A stretch of DNA of 64,000 nt from Anaeromyxobacteraceae bacterium (GCA_032654565.1 JAULAX010000017.1:708998-772997), one strand, 5' to 3'; counted from the stretch's first letter, positions 49,368 to 60,131 are shown. Notes: a model not told the origin generated them from the sequence alone. A program made the numbers and translations.

Positions 49368-50932
49368 GGCGCACCCCCGTCGGTCGGCCGGCGGGTGGCG
49401 AAGAGCTCCGGCGCCCGGGCGAAGCGGCCCGGGAGCTGCACGACCTTGCCGGCCGCCTCGCCGTCGGCCTCGCAGGTCCGCGCGAGCTTGAGCAGCCGCT
49501 CGATGCGCGGGACGTCGTACACCTCGAAGCCGATGGCCCGCTGGCAGGCCGCCTCCACCCGCTCAGCGCCGTACCGGTCGCACAGCCGCACCAGCGCCTG
49601 GGCCTGGCGCATCTTCGACCACGGCAGCGGCCCGCCGAGGAGCTTCTGGGCGAAGGCGCCGATGGACGGCCCCCGCTCCTGCGCGGCCGCCACCAGGGCG
49701 TCGACGCTGCGCAGGGCGTATGCGGTCCGGGTGCGCGGGTAGTCGGCCGGGTCGGTGGAGCGCTTGCCCGGCGCGACGCGGGCGTGCACCTTCACCAGTT
49801 CGAGGCCGCCGTAGAAGCGCACGGTCTTCGAGTCGAGCCGGTAGTCGAGCTGCCGGCCGATGTAGGCGGTCGGCACCGAGTAGAGGCTGCGCGCCACCTG
49901 CAGGTGGTGATCGGGGTGCACCTTGGCCGTGCCCCACGTCGGGACGTCGAAGCGCTCCAGCGGCGGCGGCAGGAGGAGTGCCTTCTCCTCGGCCTCGAAC
50001 ACGGTGAAGGGCACCGCGCGGGTGGTGCCGTGGACGCGCTGGCCGGCGATGTCGCGGCACCAGGCCGCTGCCGATCGGCGAGAGTCGGCGAGGTCGAGGA
50101 ACCGCTCGCCGTCGGCCCAGCGCTCGCGCACGTAGGGGACGGCGTTCTCGACGCGGCCCTTGTCCTGCGGCCGCCGCACCCGAGCCGGGTCGGCGAGGAT
50201 CCCCCGGGCCTGCGCGTACTCGCGGAAGGAGCGCTGCAGCACCGGCGCCTGGGCGTTGGGCACGGTCACCATCGAGGAGGCGTTGTCGAGGACCACCCGC
50301 CGCGCGACGCCGCCGAAGAAGCGCCACGCCTCGTCGAGCCCCTCGCACACGTCGACCACCGTCTGCGTCAGGGTCGGCCAGACGAACATGTGCCGGCTGT
50401 AACTCAGCGTCACGATGAGCGCCCAGAGCTTGCGCCGCTGGCCGGTGACGTCGGTGAGCCAGCCCACGTGCCCGAAGTCGACCTGCGCCTCCTCGCCGGG
50501 CGGCGTGTCAGCGAGCCGCACGGTGACGCGGGGGCCGCCGAACCCGAACTCCCGCTGCGCGTACCGCCGCAGCGTGCTGTACGAGACCGCGATGCCCTCT
50601 CGCGCCAGGAGCTCGCGGATCCGGACCAGCCGCAGCGGCCGCTCGGCCTGGAGCCACGCCTCGATCCGGTCGCGGACCGGCACCAGCGCCCGCCAGGCGT
50701 CCGACGGCGCCGGCGCTGGCCGGGCCTGGACCCGCCGGCCGACCTCGCCCACCAGCTCGTCGGTCAGCTCGACGCCGGCGCGGACGCCGCACAGCCTGGC
50801 CGCCTCGTAGTACCGCTTCACCGTCTTGCGATCCGCGCCGCACTCCCGCGCCGAGCGCCGCACGGCCTCGCCGGCCTGGAACCGGCGCAGCAACTCCCTC
50901 ACGTCCACCATCGTCAACTCCCGAAAGCTCAT
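49364..50932 (-). CDS. istA: IS21 DDE transposase
   Basis: PGEEAQVDFG, DN, KGRVE, R.HGTT, YSVP. Confidence 0.92.
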   Translation of the reverse strand: MSFRELTMVDVRELLRRFQAGEAVRRSARECGADRKTVKRYYEAARLCGVRAGVELTDELVGEVGRRVQARPAPAPSDAWRALVPVRDRIEAWLQAERPLRLVRIRELLAREGIAVSYSTLRRYAQREFGFGGPRVTVRLADTPPGEEAQVDFGHVGWLTDVTGQRRKLWALIVTLSYSRHMFVWPTLTQTVVDVCEGLDEAWRFFGGVARRVVLDNASSMVTVPNAQAPVLQRSFREYAQARGILADPARVRRPQDKGRVENAVPYVRERWADGERFLDLADSRRSAAAWCRDIAGQRVHGTTRAVPFTVFEAEEKALLLPPPLERFDVPTWGTAKVHPDHHLQVARSLYSVPTAYIGRQLDYRLDSKTVRFYGGLELVKVHARVAPGKRSTDPADYPRTRTAYALRSVDALVAAAQERGPSIGAFAQKLLGGPLPWSKMRQAQALVRLCDRYGAERVEAACQRAIGFEVYDVPRIERLLKLARTCEADGEAAGKVVQLPGRFARAPELFATRRPTDGGAP

Positions 50933-51268
50933 CGTCGCCCTCCTGGCTCACCCCAGGGTGCCGGGAGGGGACGACGTTGACTGCCTTCGGTCGCTGCACG
51001 CGGGGCCCTACGCCGCCAGGCTCACGGGGTGGTCCCATGACCCTGAACAGCGCCTGGCCCCATGACCCTGAACATTCAGGACCGCCTCACCCCGTGGGGT
51101 GGTCCCATGTGCCTGGCGAGAGGGTGGCCCCATGAGGCTGGCGATTTCCGCCAACGCCGGTCCCTTGTGGCTGGAGACCGACAAGTGCACGGCGTGAGTA
51201 GGTTGATTCTAGGTCTCGAAGCCCAGCCTTCTGGGAGGGGCCTGCCATCCCGATTTGCGGCCCTCAGG

Positions 51269-54200
51269 TCAAGCCGCCACTCCAGCGGACGCCTTCACCG
51301 CTTCGAGTATGTGAACAAGGTCATCCACCTCGGCGGGTTTGTAGAGCCCATCCGGCCCGGTCGGCGCGACGTCGGTGAACGGCGACTCGTAGAGGAGCGC
51401 GGCCTCCATGACGCCTCGCTCGGTGAGCTGGTCCACCATCAGACTCGCGAACTCGATCTGGCTTGCGTTGAACCTCGTCTCGTCGAGGAAGCGCCCGAGC
51501 GCCCGCTTGGCGGCCTCCCGGTCAAGCCCGACGATCGAACGAACGAAGAGGCCGAGGCCTGAGGCTTCCTTGGCAGCCCGCTTCACGTCCTCAGGGCGCC
51601 CTGCGCCTGCGAGCATCCGTTCCAGCTCAGCGAGATCCTTTGGCGTCAGCGGCTCGTTCCTTCGCAGCTTGGCGATGGTGATGTGGTCCTTGTGCTCGAC
51701 CAAGAACTGACGGGCCTTGATCCTAAACCGCTCGAACGGGTCACCACCGGAGACAGCGGGCAGCTCGATCTCCGCAGCTGCGCCCAGCTCGTCCTCGAAG
51801 TCGGTGTAGATCGGCTTCCGCTCGGCCTTCTCGATGAGCACGACCAGAGCGCGGAGCCGCCTTCTGGCGACCTCGAGCATCGGAACAGTGACGTCTTCCC
51901 ACCAGGGCTCGCCCTGAACCTCCTGGATGAGCACCATCTGCGCCGCCACCAAGGGGATCGTCGCCTTCTCGGCCAGGAGGTCGACGATCTTCCGCACCTG
52001 ATCTCGCAGGCGCATGAACTCCGGCTTCTGCCGGAGCAGCGCCAACTGGAGGCGCAGCATAAGCAGGTCGAAACGCTTGGTCTCCTCGGGTTCGGCCTCC
52101 TTCTCGGCCGGTAGAGACGCGACCTCGGCGGACAACTCTTCAACTGCCTCGTCCGACAGCTGCCTCCATGCCTGCGTCTTGGCGTACTTCTCGACGAGCG
52201 CTCGCTTCGGTCGAACGATGAAGTTGTCGACGTTCATCGTTCCGATCTCCGTACGCAGACCATCCGAGACCTCGCCGCGCAACACCTTCATGGTCGGCGT
52301 CTCTGCAGCGAACGGGTCCTCGCGGTCCTTCACGGGGAGGACCGGCTTGGCGGCAGCCTGGTCGAGCTCGGCCACCAGCGCCACGCGTGCCCGGAAGAGG
52401 CGCGTCCCCACAGAGGCCGCCGTGGTCCCTTCTGCAGCGGGAAGGTCCTGGCTGAAGAACTCGAGGTTCTGGCAGTAATCGAAGACGTAGAAGAACTGCT
52501 TGTGCTGGTCGGGGCCGAGGAGGTCGCGGCAGAGCCGGGTCCCGCGGCCAAGCATCTGCCAGAACTTGGTCTTCGACCTGATCAGCTTGAAGAAGACCAG
52601 GTTCACGACCTCGGGAACGTCGATGCCGGTGTCGAGCATGTCGACGGAGATCGCGATGTGCGGCGACTTCTCCTTCTGGGAGAAGTCGTTGATGAGGGAC
52701 TGGGCGTAGACCGTCTTGTAGGTGACGACGCGGGCGAAGGAGCCCTTGAGGTGAGGGTAGTTGGCGTCGAACCGCTCAGCGATGAACTCCGCATGGGCGT
52801 TGTTCTTGGCGAAGATGATGGTCTTGCCGAGCCGGTCGCCGCCCGCGACCTTGATCCCGTGGGTCATGAGGTGCTCCAGCACCTTGTCCACGGTGTCCTT
52901 GTTGAAGAGCCACTGGTTCACCGCCTCCGGGTCCACTGCGTCGGGAGGCCCCTGTTCTTCATCCCACTCGAGCGAGTCCCACTGATCCTTCTCGTCCTCA
53001 GAGAGGTCCTCGTACTTGATGCCTTCCCGCTGGAACTTGAGCGGCACGGAGACGGCCTTGGGAGGCACGAGGAACCCATCCTTGACGGCCTCCTCCAGCC
53101 CGTAGGCGTCGGTCGGAACGCCGGTCTCCAGCTCGAAGAGGGAGTAGGTGTTCTTGTCGACCTCGTCCTTGGGCGTCGCAGTCAGGCCAACGAGGAAAGA
53201 GTCGAAGTACTCGAAGATGGCCCGGTACTTCTGAAAGACGGACCGATGTGCCTCGTCGATGACGACGAGGTCGAAGTGGCCCACGCCGAAGCGCCGCTCT
53301 CCCTCCTTGGACTCGTCGATGAGACCCATCATCGTCGGGTAGGTGGACACGTAGACCCTCCCCTGCCCTTCCTTCTCCGTGACCAGGTTGACCGGAGAGC
53401 TTTCGGGGAGGTGGGCCTTGAAGGCGTTGACCGCTTGGTTCACGAGGGCGACTCGGTCGGCCAGAAACAGGACCCGCTTGGCCCAGTTGCAGCGCATGAG
53501 CAGGTCCGCGAGAGCAATGACCGTGCGCGTCTTGCCGGCGCCGGTCGCCATGACGAGCAGAGCCTTCCGCTGGTTCTCCTTCTCGAACGTCTCGGAGATG
53601 CGGCGAATGGCGCGGTGCTGGTAAGGCCGTTCGACGATCTTCTTGTCGATAAACGCGTCGGCGAGCGGCTTACGCCCGCCACGGCGCTGGATCATCAGCT
53701 CCAGCTCGGCCTTCTTGTAGAAGCCCTGGGCTCCACGCGGCGGGTAGCTGGCGTCGTCCCAGATCCAGTGTTCGTAGCCGTTGGAGCAGAAGATGACCGG
53801 CCGCTGGCCAGACTGCTTCTCAAGGCAGTCTGCGTATAGCTTGGCCTGCTGGATCCCAACCTTGGGGTCCTTCTTGGTCCGCTTCGCCTCTACGAGGGCC
53901 AGGGGCTTCCCGTCGTCGCCCCAGAGGACGTAGTCGACGTAGCCCTTGCCCTCTGCATTGGGCATCCCGCTCACCTCGACTTCGAGGTCCCGCTTCTCAT
54001 CCAGCGGCCAGCCCGCCTCACGCAGCATGAGGTCGATGAAGTAGTCGCGGGTCTGGGCCTCGGAGTAGTCGTGGCTGTCTGGCTTGGCGGCGTTGGCCTG
54101 CTTCGCCTTGGCGACCTCCGCGCGGAGCTTGGCCAGTTCCGCGTCGGCCGACGCCTTTGCAGCCTCCGCCTCGGCCAGCTTCTGGTCCTTCTCCTGGAGC

Positions 54201-54679
54201 TTCGCCTCAAGAGCTTGCAACTGGTCCGGGCTCTGCTTCGGAGCGGCCGCGGCCTTTGGCAGCACATCGGGCTGAAACGTAAGGCCATCTGCCGGCTTCG
54301 ACCCCCGGGCGTACGTCCGGGCAAGCCAGAAGCCGACATGGAACAGCTCCCGGACCGCAGTCAGCGCGTCGAATTGCCTGACCGGCTTGTGGCTGTGGAC
54401 CGCGAGGTTCCCGAGGTCCTTGATGATGCGGGCCTTCTGGAAGATCGCGGAGCCGACGGTGTTCTGGAAGCTGGGCTCGTGGATGAGCGCCGAAAGCTGG
54501 CTCTGGTAGGGCTGCTTGAGCGCTGACTCGTGCCTGTAGAGCCACTCCACCACCAGCTCGAGTCCCCGGCGCGCGTAGAAGCATGACGCACGCGCGTCGC
54601 CGTGGACGAGAGACTCCGCCTTCTCCGCGGCATCGGAGACCGCCGGCCACTCGGCGCGGAGGAAGGCGAAGGTGCTCAT
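51269..54679 (-). CDS. hsdR: Type I restriction enzyme R subunit (EcoAI/EcoEI-like, N-terminal DUF4145-like domain)
   Basis: DYVL...EAK, MATGAGKT, DEAHRS, GLTATP, DTGID.P, QM.GRGTR. Confidence 0.92.
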   Translation of the reverse strand: MSTFAFLRAEWPAVSDAAEKAESLVHGDARASCFYARRGLELVVEWLYRHESALKQPYQSQLSALIHEPSFQNTVGSAIFQKARIIKDLGNLAVHSHKPVRQFDALTAVRELFHVGFWLARTYARGSKPADGLTFQPDVLPKAAAAPKQSPDQLQALEAKLQEKDQKLAEAEAAKASADAELAKLRAEVAKAKQANAAKPDSHDYSEAQTRDYFIDLMLREAGWPLDEKRDLEVEVSGMPNAEGKGYVDYVLWGDDGKPLALVEAKRTKKDPKVGIQQAKLYADCLEKQSGQRPVIFCSNGYEHWIWDDASYPPRGAQGFYKKAELELMIQRRGGRKPLADAFIDKKIVERPYQHRAIRRISETFEKENQRKALLVMATGAGKTRTVIALADLLMRCNWAKRVLFLADRVALVNQAVNAFKAHLPESSPVNLVTEKEGQGRVYVSTYPTMMGLIDESKEGERRFGVGHFDLVVIDEAHRSVFQKYRAIFEYFDSFLVGLTATPKDEVDKNTYSLFELETGVPTDAYGLEEAVKDGFLVPPKAVSVPLKFQREGIKYEDLSEDEKDQWDSLEWDEEQGPPDAVDPEAVNQWLFNKDTVDKVLEHLMTHGIKVAGGDRLGKTIIFAKNNAHAEFIAERFDANYPHLKGSFARVVTYKTVYAQSLINDFSQKEKSPHIAISVDMLDTGIDVPEVVNLVFFKLIRSKTKFWQMLGRGTRLCRDLLGPDQHKQFFYVFDYCQNLEFFSQDLPAAEGTTAASVGTRLFRARVALVAELDQAAAKPVLPVKDREDPFAAETPTMKVLRGEVSDGLRTEIGTMNVDNFIVRPKRALVEKYAKTQAWRQLSDEAVEELSAEVASLPAEKEAEPEETKRFDLLMLRLQLALLRQKPEFMRLRDQVRKIVDLLAEKATIPLVAAQMVLIQEVQGEPWWEDVTVPMLEVARRRLRALVVLIEKAERKPIYTDFEDELGAAAEIELPAVSGGDPFERFRIKARQFLVEHKDHITIAKLRRNEPLTPKDLAELERMLAGAGRPEDVKRAAKEASGLGLFVRSIVGLDREAAKRALGRFLDETRFNASQIEFASLMVDQLTERGVMEAALLYESPFTDVAPTGPDGLYKPAEVDDLVHILEAVKASAGVAA

Positions 54680-56775
54680 GCGTCCGCTCCGTCCCCCACC
54701 TGCTGCTCGAAGGCCTGGCGGACAAGCCCCATCACGTACGGCAGGTCCTCGAGCGAGGACAGCGCGATCTCCACGTCACCATTCCCCCATCGGCCAAGCC
54801 CAGTGACGTCCTTGCAGATCTTCCGGGGGTCATTGACCTCGTGGAAGTGCATGTTCAACGACAAGCGGAGCTTCTTCGCCTGTGGCACCACATCAACGAA
54901 GTTGGTCTCTGCCTTGTAGGCCACGTAGAGCTTGAGGAATTCCTCGGTCACGCACGGATCGAGCGCCAGCACCTCCCTCCGGAGTGCCTCGAACACCTCA
55001 TGCATCGCCGGGATGAGCAGGTTCGGATGATCGGCGAGGGTGTACTTGGCCTGGACGACCGCCTTCTGCTCGTAAGCGGCCAGCGACTCGGCGGAGAGCT
55101 TCGGTGCGCCCCAGACTTCGACCGCTGCTTCCGATAGGCGTTCCGCCCGGGCCCGGATCGCGGCCTCGTCCCACCGCTCCACCTGCCCGAGCCCCGCGTT
55201 AAGCTTGAGCGGACTCACACGGAAGCCGCCCTGCATGTCTCGCTTCTCGTTGAATGGACGATCGCTGTACTCGGAGTTGTATCCGGTCAGCGTCAGGTTG
55301 CCGATGGTGTGCAGCCATGTCTGTTGAAGCTTCTTCCAGTCGGGGCCGAGCACTTCCCGCCAGGCAGCGGACAGCTCCTCGTTCTGCGGGAGGATGTGCT
55401 CGATGGTGTACTCGTCGACCGAGACACTCTCCTTGCGCCCGTGGTTCTCCAGCCGGCGGAGCCAGTAGCTGCGGCTGCGGAAGTGGTAGAGGTCGCGGCT
55501 CTGCAGCCCCCGTCGGAACTCCTCGTCGCTCGGGAAGCGCCGATAGGACGGCAGCCTGAGGAAGTGCGCCTTGACGCTCTCCAGGTACCGCTCCTTCTTG
55601 AGGGCCTTCCCGAAGGTACCGAAGGTCTTGTTCATCGAGTTGGTCGGGATGGCGCAGACGGCCCGGCGGAACACGTACGCTTCGACCATCCTCACCACAG
55701 CCGCAAGGTCCGTCCCGGACAGCTGCCCCGCCGCGTAGTCCTGGTAAAGCTCCAGCAGGAACGGGTAGGCCACATCCACCTTCAGTTCCCGCAGGTCCTG
55801 GAAGGCGAGCTTCAGCTCAGGATGGCTCTCGGCATCCAGCGCCAGGGCGCAGAAGTACCGGGCGAACGCCCTGAGATCCTTCACGAGCTCCTCGACGCCT
55901 ACCGTCACCACCCCGGCGGAGCGGGCGTGGAGCTTGAATGCGTCGTAGACCTCGTCCAGCTTCGGGATTTCGCCGGTCTTCACCGTCAGGTAGTGCCGCA
56001 TGAATCCGTCAAAGTGACTGACGTAGGCCTCCTGGCCGAAGTCAACTTCCATCGGGCGCCAGAATTTCTCGTAAAGACTGGTCTGGAGAGTTGGCTCGAG
56101 CCCCATCAGGATGAAGTTGCGAATGAGATCGGCCTGGCTCAGTTCCAGTCCCGTGGAGTTCATGCTCTCGAAGATGAGCTGGGGGTTGTCCTGGTCTCGG
56201 CTGAGAGCGATGTCTACTACGACGAGTTTCGCCAACCCCCTACATACCTGGACCAGGTCACCCTTTCGATCGTCGATCGCCTTCTTGAAGAGCTCGAAGT
56301 TCTGCTCTAACCGCAAGGAACGCTCCTTGGGAAGGTCGGTACCGCCGACGATGGCTGTGAGCGAGGCCTTGTCGGTCTGCGACAACAGCAGCTTGAAGTG
56401 CCGCTCACCGACCTCCTCGGGGTTGAGGAGGTAGTAGTTCCTCAGCTTGCGAGCCGAGAACCCATCGACCGGCTCCGCATCGCCCAGAACACGAGCCAGT
56501 GCAGCGACGATGAGCGTCACGGTCGTTAGCCGCTGCTGTCCATCGATGACGAGCAACGGCGACTGGCTCGAGACCTGGTAGAGCCCCTTCTCGATGTAGA
56601 CAATGGACCCGACGAAGTGCGCCGAGATGGCATCGTTGCTCCCGGTCCGCAGGATGTCGTCCCAGAGCTGGCGGCACTCCTTCTCGGTCCATGAGTAGCT
56701 GCGCTGATAGATCGGGATGACGAACTGGGGCGACTTCTTGAGGAAGGCGAGAAGCTTGGCTTCGGTGGCCTTCAC
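54676..56775 (-). CDS. GmrSD-like protein (DUF262 + DUF1524 HNH + C-terminal DUF5655-like domain)
   Basis: IP.YQR.YSW, IDGQQRLTT, IFES.NS.G..L, TIEHILPQ, IGNLTL, G.WGNGD.E. Confidence 0.85.
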   Translation of the reverse strand: MKATEAKLLAFLKKSPQFVIPIYQRSYSWTEKECRQLWDDILRTGSNDAISAHFVGSIVYIEKGLYQVSSQSPLLVIDGQQRLTTVTLIVAALARVLGDAEPVDGFSARKLRNYYLLNPEEVGERHFKLLLSQTDKASLTAIVGGTDLPKERSLRLEQNFELFKKAIDDRKGDLVQVCRGLAKLVVVDIALSRDQDNPQLIFESMNSTGLELSQADLIRNFILMGLEPTLQTSLYEKFWRPMEVDFGQEAYVSHFDGFMRHYLTVKTGEIPKLDEVYDAFKLHARSAGVVTVGVEELVKDLRAFARYFCALALDAESHPELKLAFQDLRELKVDVAYPFLLELYQDYAAGQLSGTDLAAVVRMVEAYVFRRAVCAIPTNSMNKTFGTFGKALKKERYLESVKAHFLRLPSYRRFPSDEEFRRGLQSRDLYHFRSRSYWLRRLENHGRKESVSVDEYTIEHILPQNEELSAAWREVLGPDWKKLQQTWLHTIGNLTLTGYNSEYSDRPFNEKRDMQGGFRVSPLKLNAGLGQVERWDEAAIRARAERLSEAAVEVWGAPKLSAESLAAYEQKAVVQAKYTLADHPNLLIPAMHEVFEALRREVLALDPCVTEEFLKLYVAYKAETNFVDVVPQAKKLRLSLNMHFHEVNDPRKICKDVTGLGRWGNGDVEIALSSLEDLPYVMGLVRQAFEQQVGDGADA

Positions 56776-56814
56776 GAATTGCCCCTCGCTGCCGCGAACC
56801 TGTTGGGAAGGAGC

Positions 56815-56900
56815 AGGTCAGCGCAGGCCAGTGAGCCCGCACTCCCCACTGCCTCGGAGACCGCCGGCCACTCGGGGCGAAGGAAGACTCGATGGCTCAT
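56815..56900 (-). pseudogene. Degenerate remnant of the hsdR 5' end
   Basis: MSHRVFLRPEWPAVSEAVGSAGSL vs HsdR MSTFAFLRAEWPAVSDAAEKAESL; shared CCGAGTGGCCGGCGGTCTCCGA. Confidence 0.8.
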
Positions 56901-56901
56901 C

Positions 56902-58020
56902 TCAGAGAGCTCCGGTGAACGCGCGGTGTTGGAGGGAAGCGGAAAGTGCGGCCATCGCGGAGTCCGATGCTCGCTGCACTGCATCAAGCCCTTCTTGCGC
57001 CCGCACCTTTTGGGCGAAGTTTCGCTGCAGGTCGATCGGCGGCACTGGAATCTGGATCTTCTCGAATCGAGACTTCTTGAGGATGGGGAGGGTTGTCGAC
57101 GCACCCCACCTGGCAATCCTCGACCGGTAGAACCGAAGCGCCTCGTTACCGAACCGATCGTCGACTTCTTCGCTCCACTCGACCGCGTTGATCTGCTGGT
57201 TGAAGGCGCTGCGATCGGAAGCGACACCCATCTTCCCGATGGTCGCCCCAATGCAGCACACTAGCGCAGCGCCGGCGCGTACCGTTTCAACTTCGCTTGC
57301 TCCGGCCTCTGTCAATGTCCTCTTCGGACTGTCCCCGCTTTCGAGGTCGCCAGGCGTGACAAAGGGAACACTGCCACCGAACATTCCCGGCTTCCCAGTT
57401 GGTGGGGTCCCTCCTGTAGCAACTCTACCCAGGGCTCTGAGTTCTCTGAGAGGCCATTCCCCTCGGCTGCTGGTGGGGCAACCGAATGCCTCCACAAAGA
57501 GGGCGGATGGGAGCGACCGCGTCAACTCGAACGCCGCGCGGCGACAGGATCGCAGAGCCTCGGCCCGATCGAGGACTTCCGAGATGCGGCGCTGTTCTGA
57601 GAGAGCCGGAAGCGGGATTTCGAGACTGCCGATGTCTTCCCGATTCACCTGCTTGAACGTCGCGCCCTTTCCTCGCGACGACAACGCTGGCTGAATGTGT
57701 CCAAGCCAGTGCCAGAGAAATCGTAGGTCCAGATCCGGCCCAGGACGGAGGCCAGCGACCCCCCTTCCTAGGCAGTAGATACTGTCAGCCAGCACCTTCA
57801 CGCCGATGGTGGCCCTAACCCCTAAGATGACGTCGTTCTTGGCGCAGAGTTTCGTCTTCTCGGTCGTGTACTTTGTGGCCTGAGGAACGCCATCGCCGAA
57901 GTCGCCGGCGCCAGCCAGAAGAGGCCAACCTGCGCCATCTTGATTGTAGGCGGTGCCGGTTGGAGCCTGACCCATGGTCACTAGGCAAACGGAATCAAGG
58001 CGTCGAAGGGCCACCCTCAC
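56902..58020 (-). CDS. hsdS: Type I R-M specificity subunit
   Basis: Two TRDs; IPLP.L.EQ.RI, GGTP, IP.PP..LQ..FA, SL..RAF.G.L. Confidence 0.9.
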   Translation of the reverse strand: MRVALRRLDSVCLVTMGQAPTGTAYNQDGAGWPLLAGAGDFGDGVPQATKYTTEKTKLCAKNDVILGVRATIGVKVLADSIYCLGRGVAGLRPGPDLDLRFLWHWLGHIQPALSSRGKGATFKQVNREDIGSLEIPLPALSEQRRISEVLDRAEALRSCRRAAFELTRSLPSALFVEAFGCPTSSRGEWPLRELRALGRVATGGTPPTGKPGMFGGSVPFVTPGDLESGDSPKRTLTEAGASEVETVRAGAALVCCIGATIGKMGVASDRSAFNQQINAVEWSEEVDDRFGNEALRFYRSRIARWGASTTLPILKKSRFEKIQIPVPPIDLQRNFAQKVRAQEGLDAVQRASDSAMAALSASLQHRAFTGAL

Positions 58021-59552
58021 AGCAGTGTCTCCAACTCGGACAATCCCCTCAGGATGTCGCCTTCGAGCGCTCCGATGTCGGCCAAGATCTCCTTCGGCGC
58101 TCGGTGTTCCACGTGCTCGTAGACGACCTCCTTGTACCGATTGAGACTGAGGTCGTAATGGTGTGCCGCGATGTCAGCCCTCGGTACGCTGAAGCTCTGC
58201 TCGGTCCGAATTCGCTTCCACTCTGCCTTGTTCCGTCCAGCCCAGCGCGCCAGTACGTCCGGCAGGTTGTTCTTAGAATGTTCGTCAGTTGACAGCGCCG
58301 ACTTGGGGGCCGGACCCAACTTGGCTTCATCAAGAAGCGGCGTCCGCTTGTCGTCAAGGCTCCATCCATCGGCTTCGACGTCGTAGAACCACACTCGATC
58401 GGTGCCACCCGAGTTAGTCTTGGTGAACAGAAGGATCGCCGTCGAGACGCCTGCATACGGCCGAAAGACCCCGGCCGGTAGAGAGATCACCGCGTCGAGC
58501 TTCTGTTCCTCTACCAATGTCCTGCGGAGTTGCTGGTGGGCGTTGGATGAACCGAAGAGCACGCCATCCGGAACGATGACGGCGGCACGGCCGCCGGGCT
58601 TCAGGAGCCGAAGAAAGAGGGCAAGGAAGAGGAGTTCCGTCTTCTTGGTCTTGACGACCTGGAGCAGATCCTTCGCCACACCCTCGATATCTAGACTCCC
58701 CGCGAACGGCGGGTTGGCGAGGACAAGCGTGTATTTCTCCTCCTCGCCTGCGTGGTCCTGTGCGAGCGAGTCACGGTATCGAATGTCGGCGTTCTCAACG
58801 CCATGTAGCAGCATGTTCATGCTGCCGATGCGGAGCATCGTGCTGTCGAAGTCGAATCCGTGGAACAGCTCGCCGTGGAAGCGCGCCTTAAGCTTCGCGT
58901 CCTGGAAGATTTCAGGGTGGTGCTCGCGCAGGTACTCACCGGCCCCGACGAGGAAGCCGCAGGTGCCCGCCGCTGGGTCGCAGATGACATCCTTGGGCGT
59001 CGGCGCCGTCATCTCGACCATGAGCCGGATGATGTGGCGCGGGGTACGGAACTGGCCGTTCTGCCCGGCGGTCGCAATCTTGCCGAGCATGTACTCGTAA
59101 AGATCTCCCTTGGTGTCGCGGTCCTCCATCGGTACGTGGTCGATGAGATCCACCACCTTCGCGAGCAGCGCCGGCTTCGGGATGGTGAAGCGCGCGTCCT
59201 TCATGTGGTGCGCGTAGGTCGAGTCGTCGCCCCCAAGCGTCCGCAGGAACGGGAAGACGTGCTCCCCGACTACCTCGTACATCTCCTTGGCCTCGAAGTT
59301 CTTGAACCTTGACCAGCGGAGGTCGTCGTAGGCGCGCTTCTTCGGGTCCTTCCCGGCTGGGAAGATGCGTCGCTCGATCGGCTTCTTCAGCCGAGCCGCC
59401 TTGTTCTCCTCGAGCGTGTGGAGTTCGTCGAGGCGGCGCATGAAGAGCAGGTACGTAAACTGTTCCATCACCTCAAGCGGGTTCGAGATGCCTCCTGACC
59501 AGAAGGCATCCCAGATGCGGTCAACCTGGTTGCGAAGTTCGCCGGTAATCAA
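58017..59552 (-). CDS. hsdM: Type I R-M N6-adenine methyltransferase
   Basis: GQFRTPR, DPAAGTCGFL, NPPF, VPDGVLF; TTG start. Confidence 0.92.
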   Translation of the reverse strand: MITGELRNQVDRIWDAFWSGGISNPLEVMEQFTYLLFMRRLDELHTLEENKAARLKKPIERRIFPAGKDPKKRAYDDLRWSRFKNFEAKEMYEVVGEHVFPFLRTLGGDDSTYAHHMKDARFTIPKPALLAKVVDLIDHVPMEDRDTKGDLYEYMLGKIATAGQNGQFRTPRHIIRLMVEMTAPTPKDVICDPAAGTCGFLVGAGEYLREHHPEIFQDAKLKARFHGELFHGFDFDSTMLRIGSMNMLLHGVENADIRYRDSLAQDHAGEEEKYTLVLANPPFAGSLDIEGVAKDLLQVVKTKKTELLFLALFLRLLKPGGRAAVIVPDGVLFGSSNAHQQLRRTLVEEQKLDAVISLPAGVFRPYAGVSTAILLFTKTNSGGTDRVWFYDVEADGWSLDDKRTPLLDEAKLGPAPKSALSTDEHSKNNLPDVLARWAGRNKAEWKRIRTEQSFSVPRADIAAHHYDLSLNRYKEVVYEHVEHRAPKEILADIGALEGDILRGLSELETLL

Positions 59553-60083
59553 CTTGTGCTACCTCCGAAATGCCGCTGCTAGCGCCGAGCGCCTTCGACT
59601 GGCACGCCCGCCTAGGCCCGCCCCGGTCGCTTGCTCGCTGACAGTGTTTCTTTTCGACTCTACCTCATGGACAGACCTACCTGCCCCATAGAACTGTTCG
59701 TCCGCTTCCTTCCCAGGGACAATCCCTCTCCACCCCCCCGCCGCCCACCCACTTCACAACTCCCAGGGTAACAGCTGCCCGACCCCCCAATCCCTTGTGG
59801 TTGGGAGTGGGGGGTCGGGCGGCTGGCGCCCGGCCTCCACTCGTTCGACTCCCGGTGGGCGGCGGGGCGGAGGCGCGTGAGATCGCGGACTTGCGTCCCG
59901 AAGCCCGTCACGCGCTCCGCGTGAACCCCGTCGCGTATCTCGTCAACACGTCAGGACAACCGCCGTTGATAGGGGTCATCTCGCTCGCACCGACCTCGCG
60001 ACACCCCTCCCTGCCGCCTCGGCGCCAAGCCGGGCGCCCGGCCGGCGCGACCCGTCGAAGCCGGCTACATCCCTGCACGTCAC

Positions 60084-60121
60084 TTGACATCTGCCTGTCT
60101 AGCTCCTATCTGACTGACAGG
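60084..60121 (+). promoter_or_regulatory. Putative promoter/operator of the island backbone operon
   Basis: TTGACA-17 bp-TATCTG; CCTGTC...GACAGG inverted repeat; AGGAGG RBS before 60132. Confidence 0.5.
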
Positions 60122-60131
60122 AGGCTATCTC

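Larger units (their letters stand above)
48438..51183 (-). mobile_element. IS21-family insertion sequence, 2746 bp, 5-bp TSD AGTGC
   Basis: TGTC...GACA ends; multiple subterminal GGTCCCATG/CATGGGACC repeats; AGTGC at 48433-48437 and 51184-51188. Confidence 0.92.
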
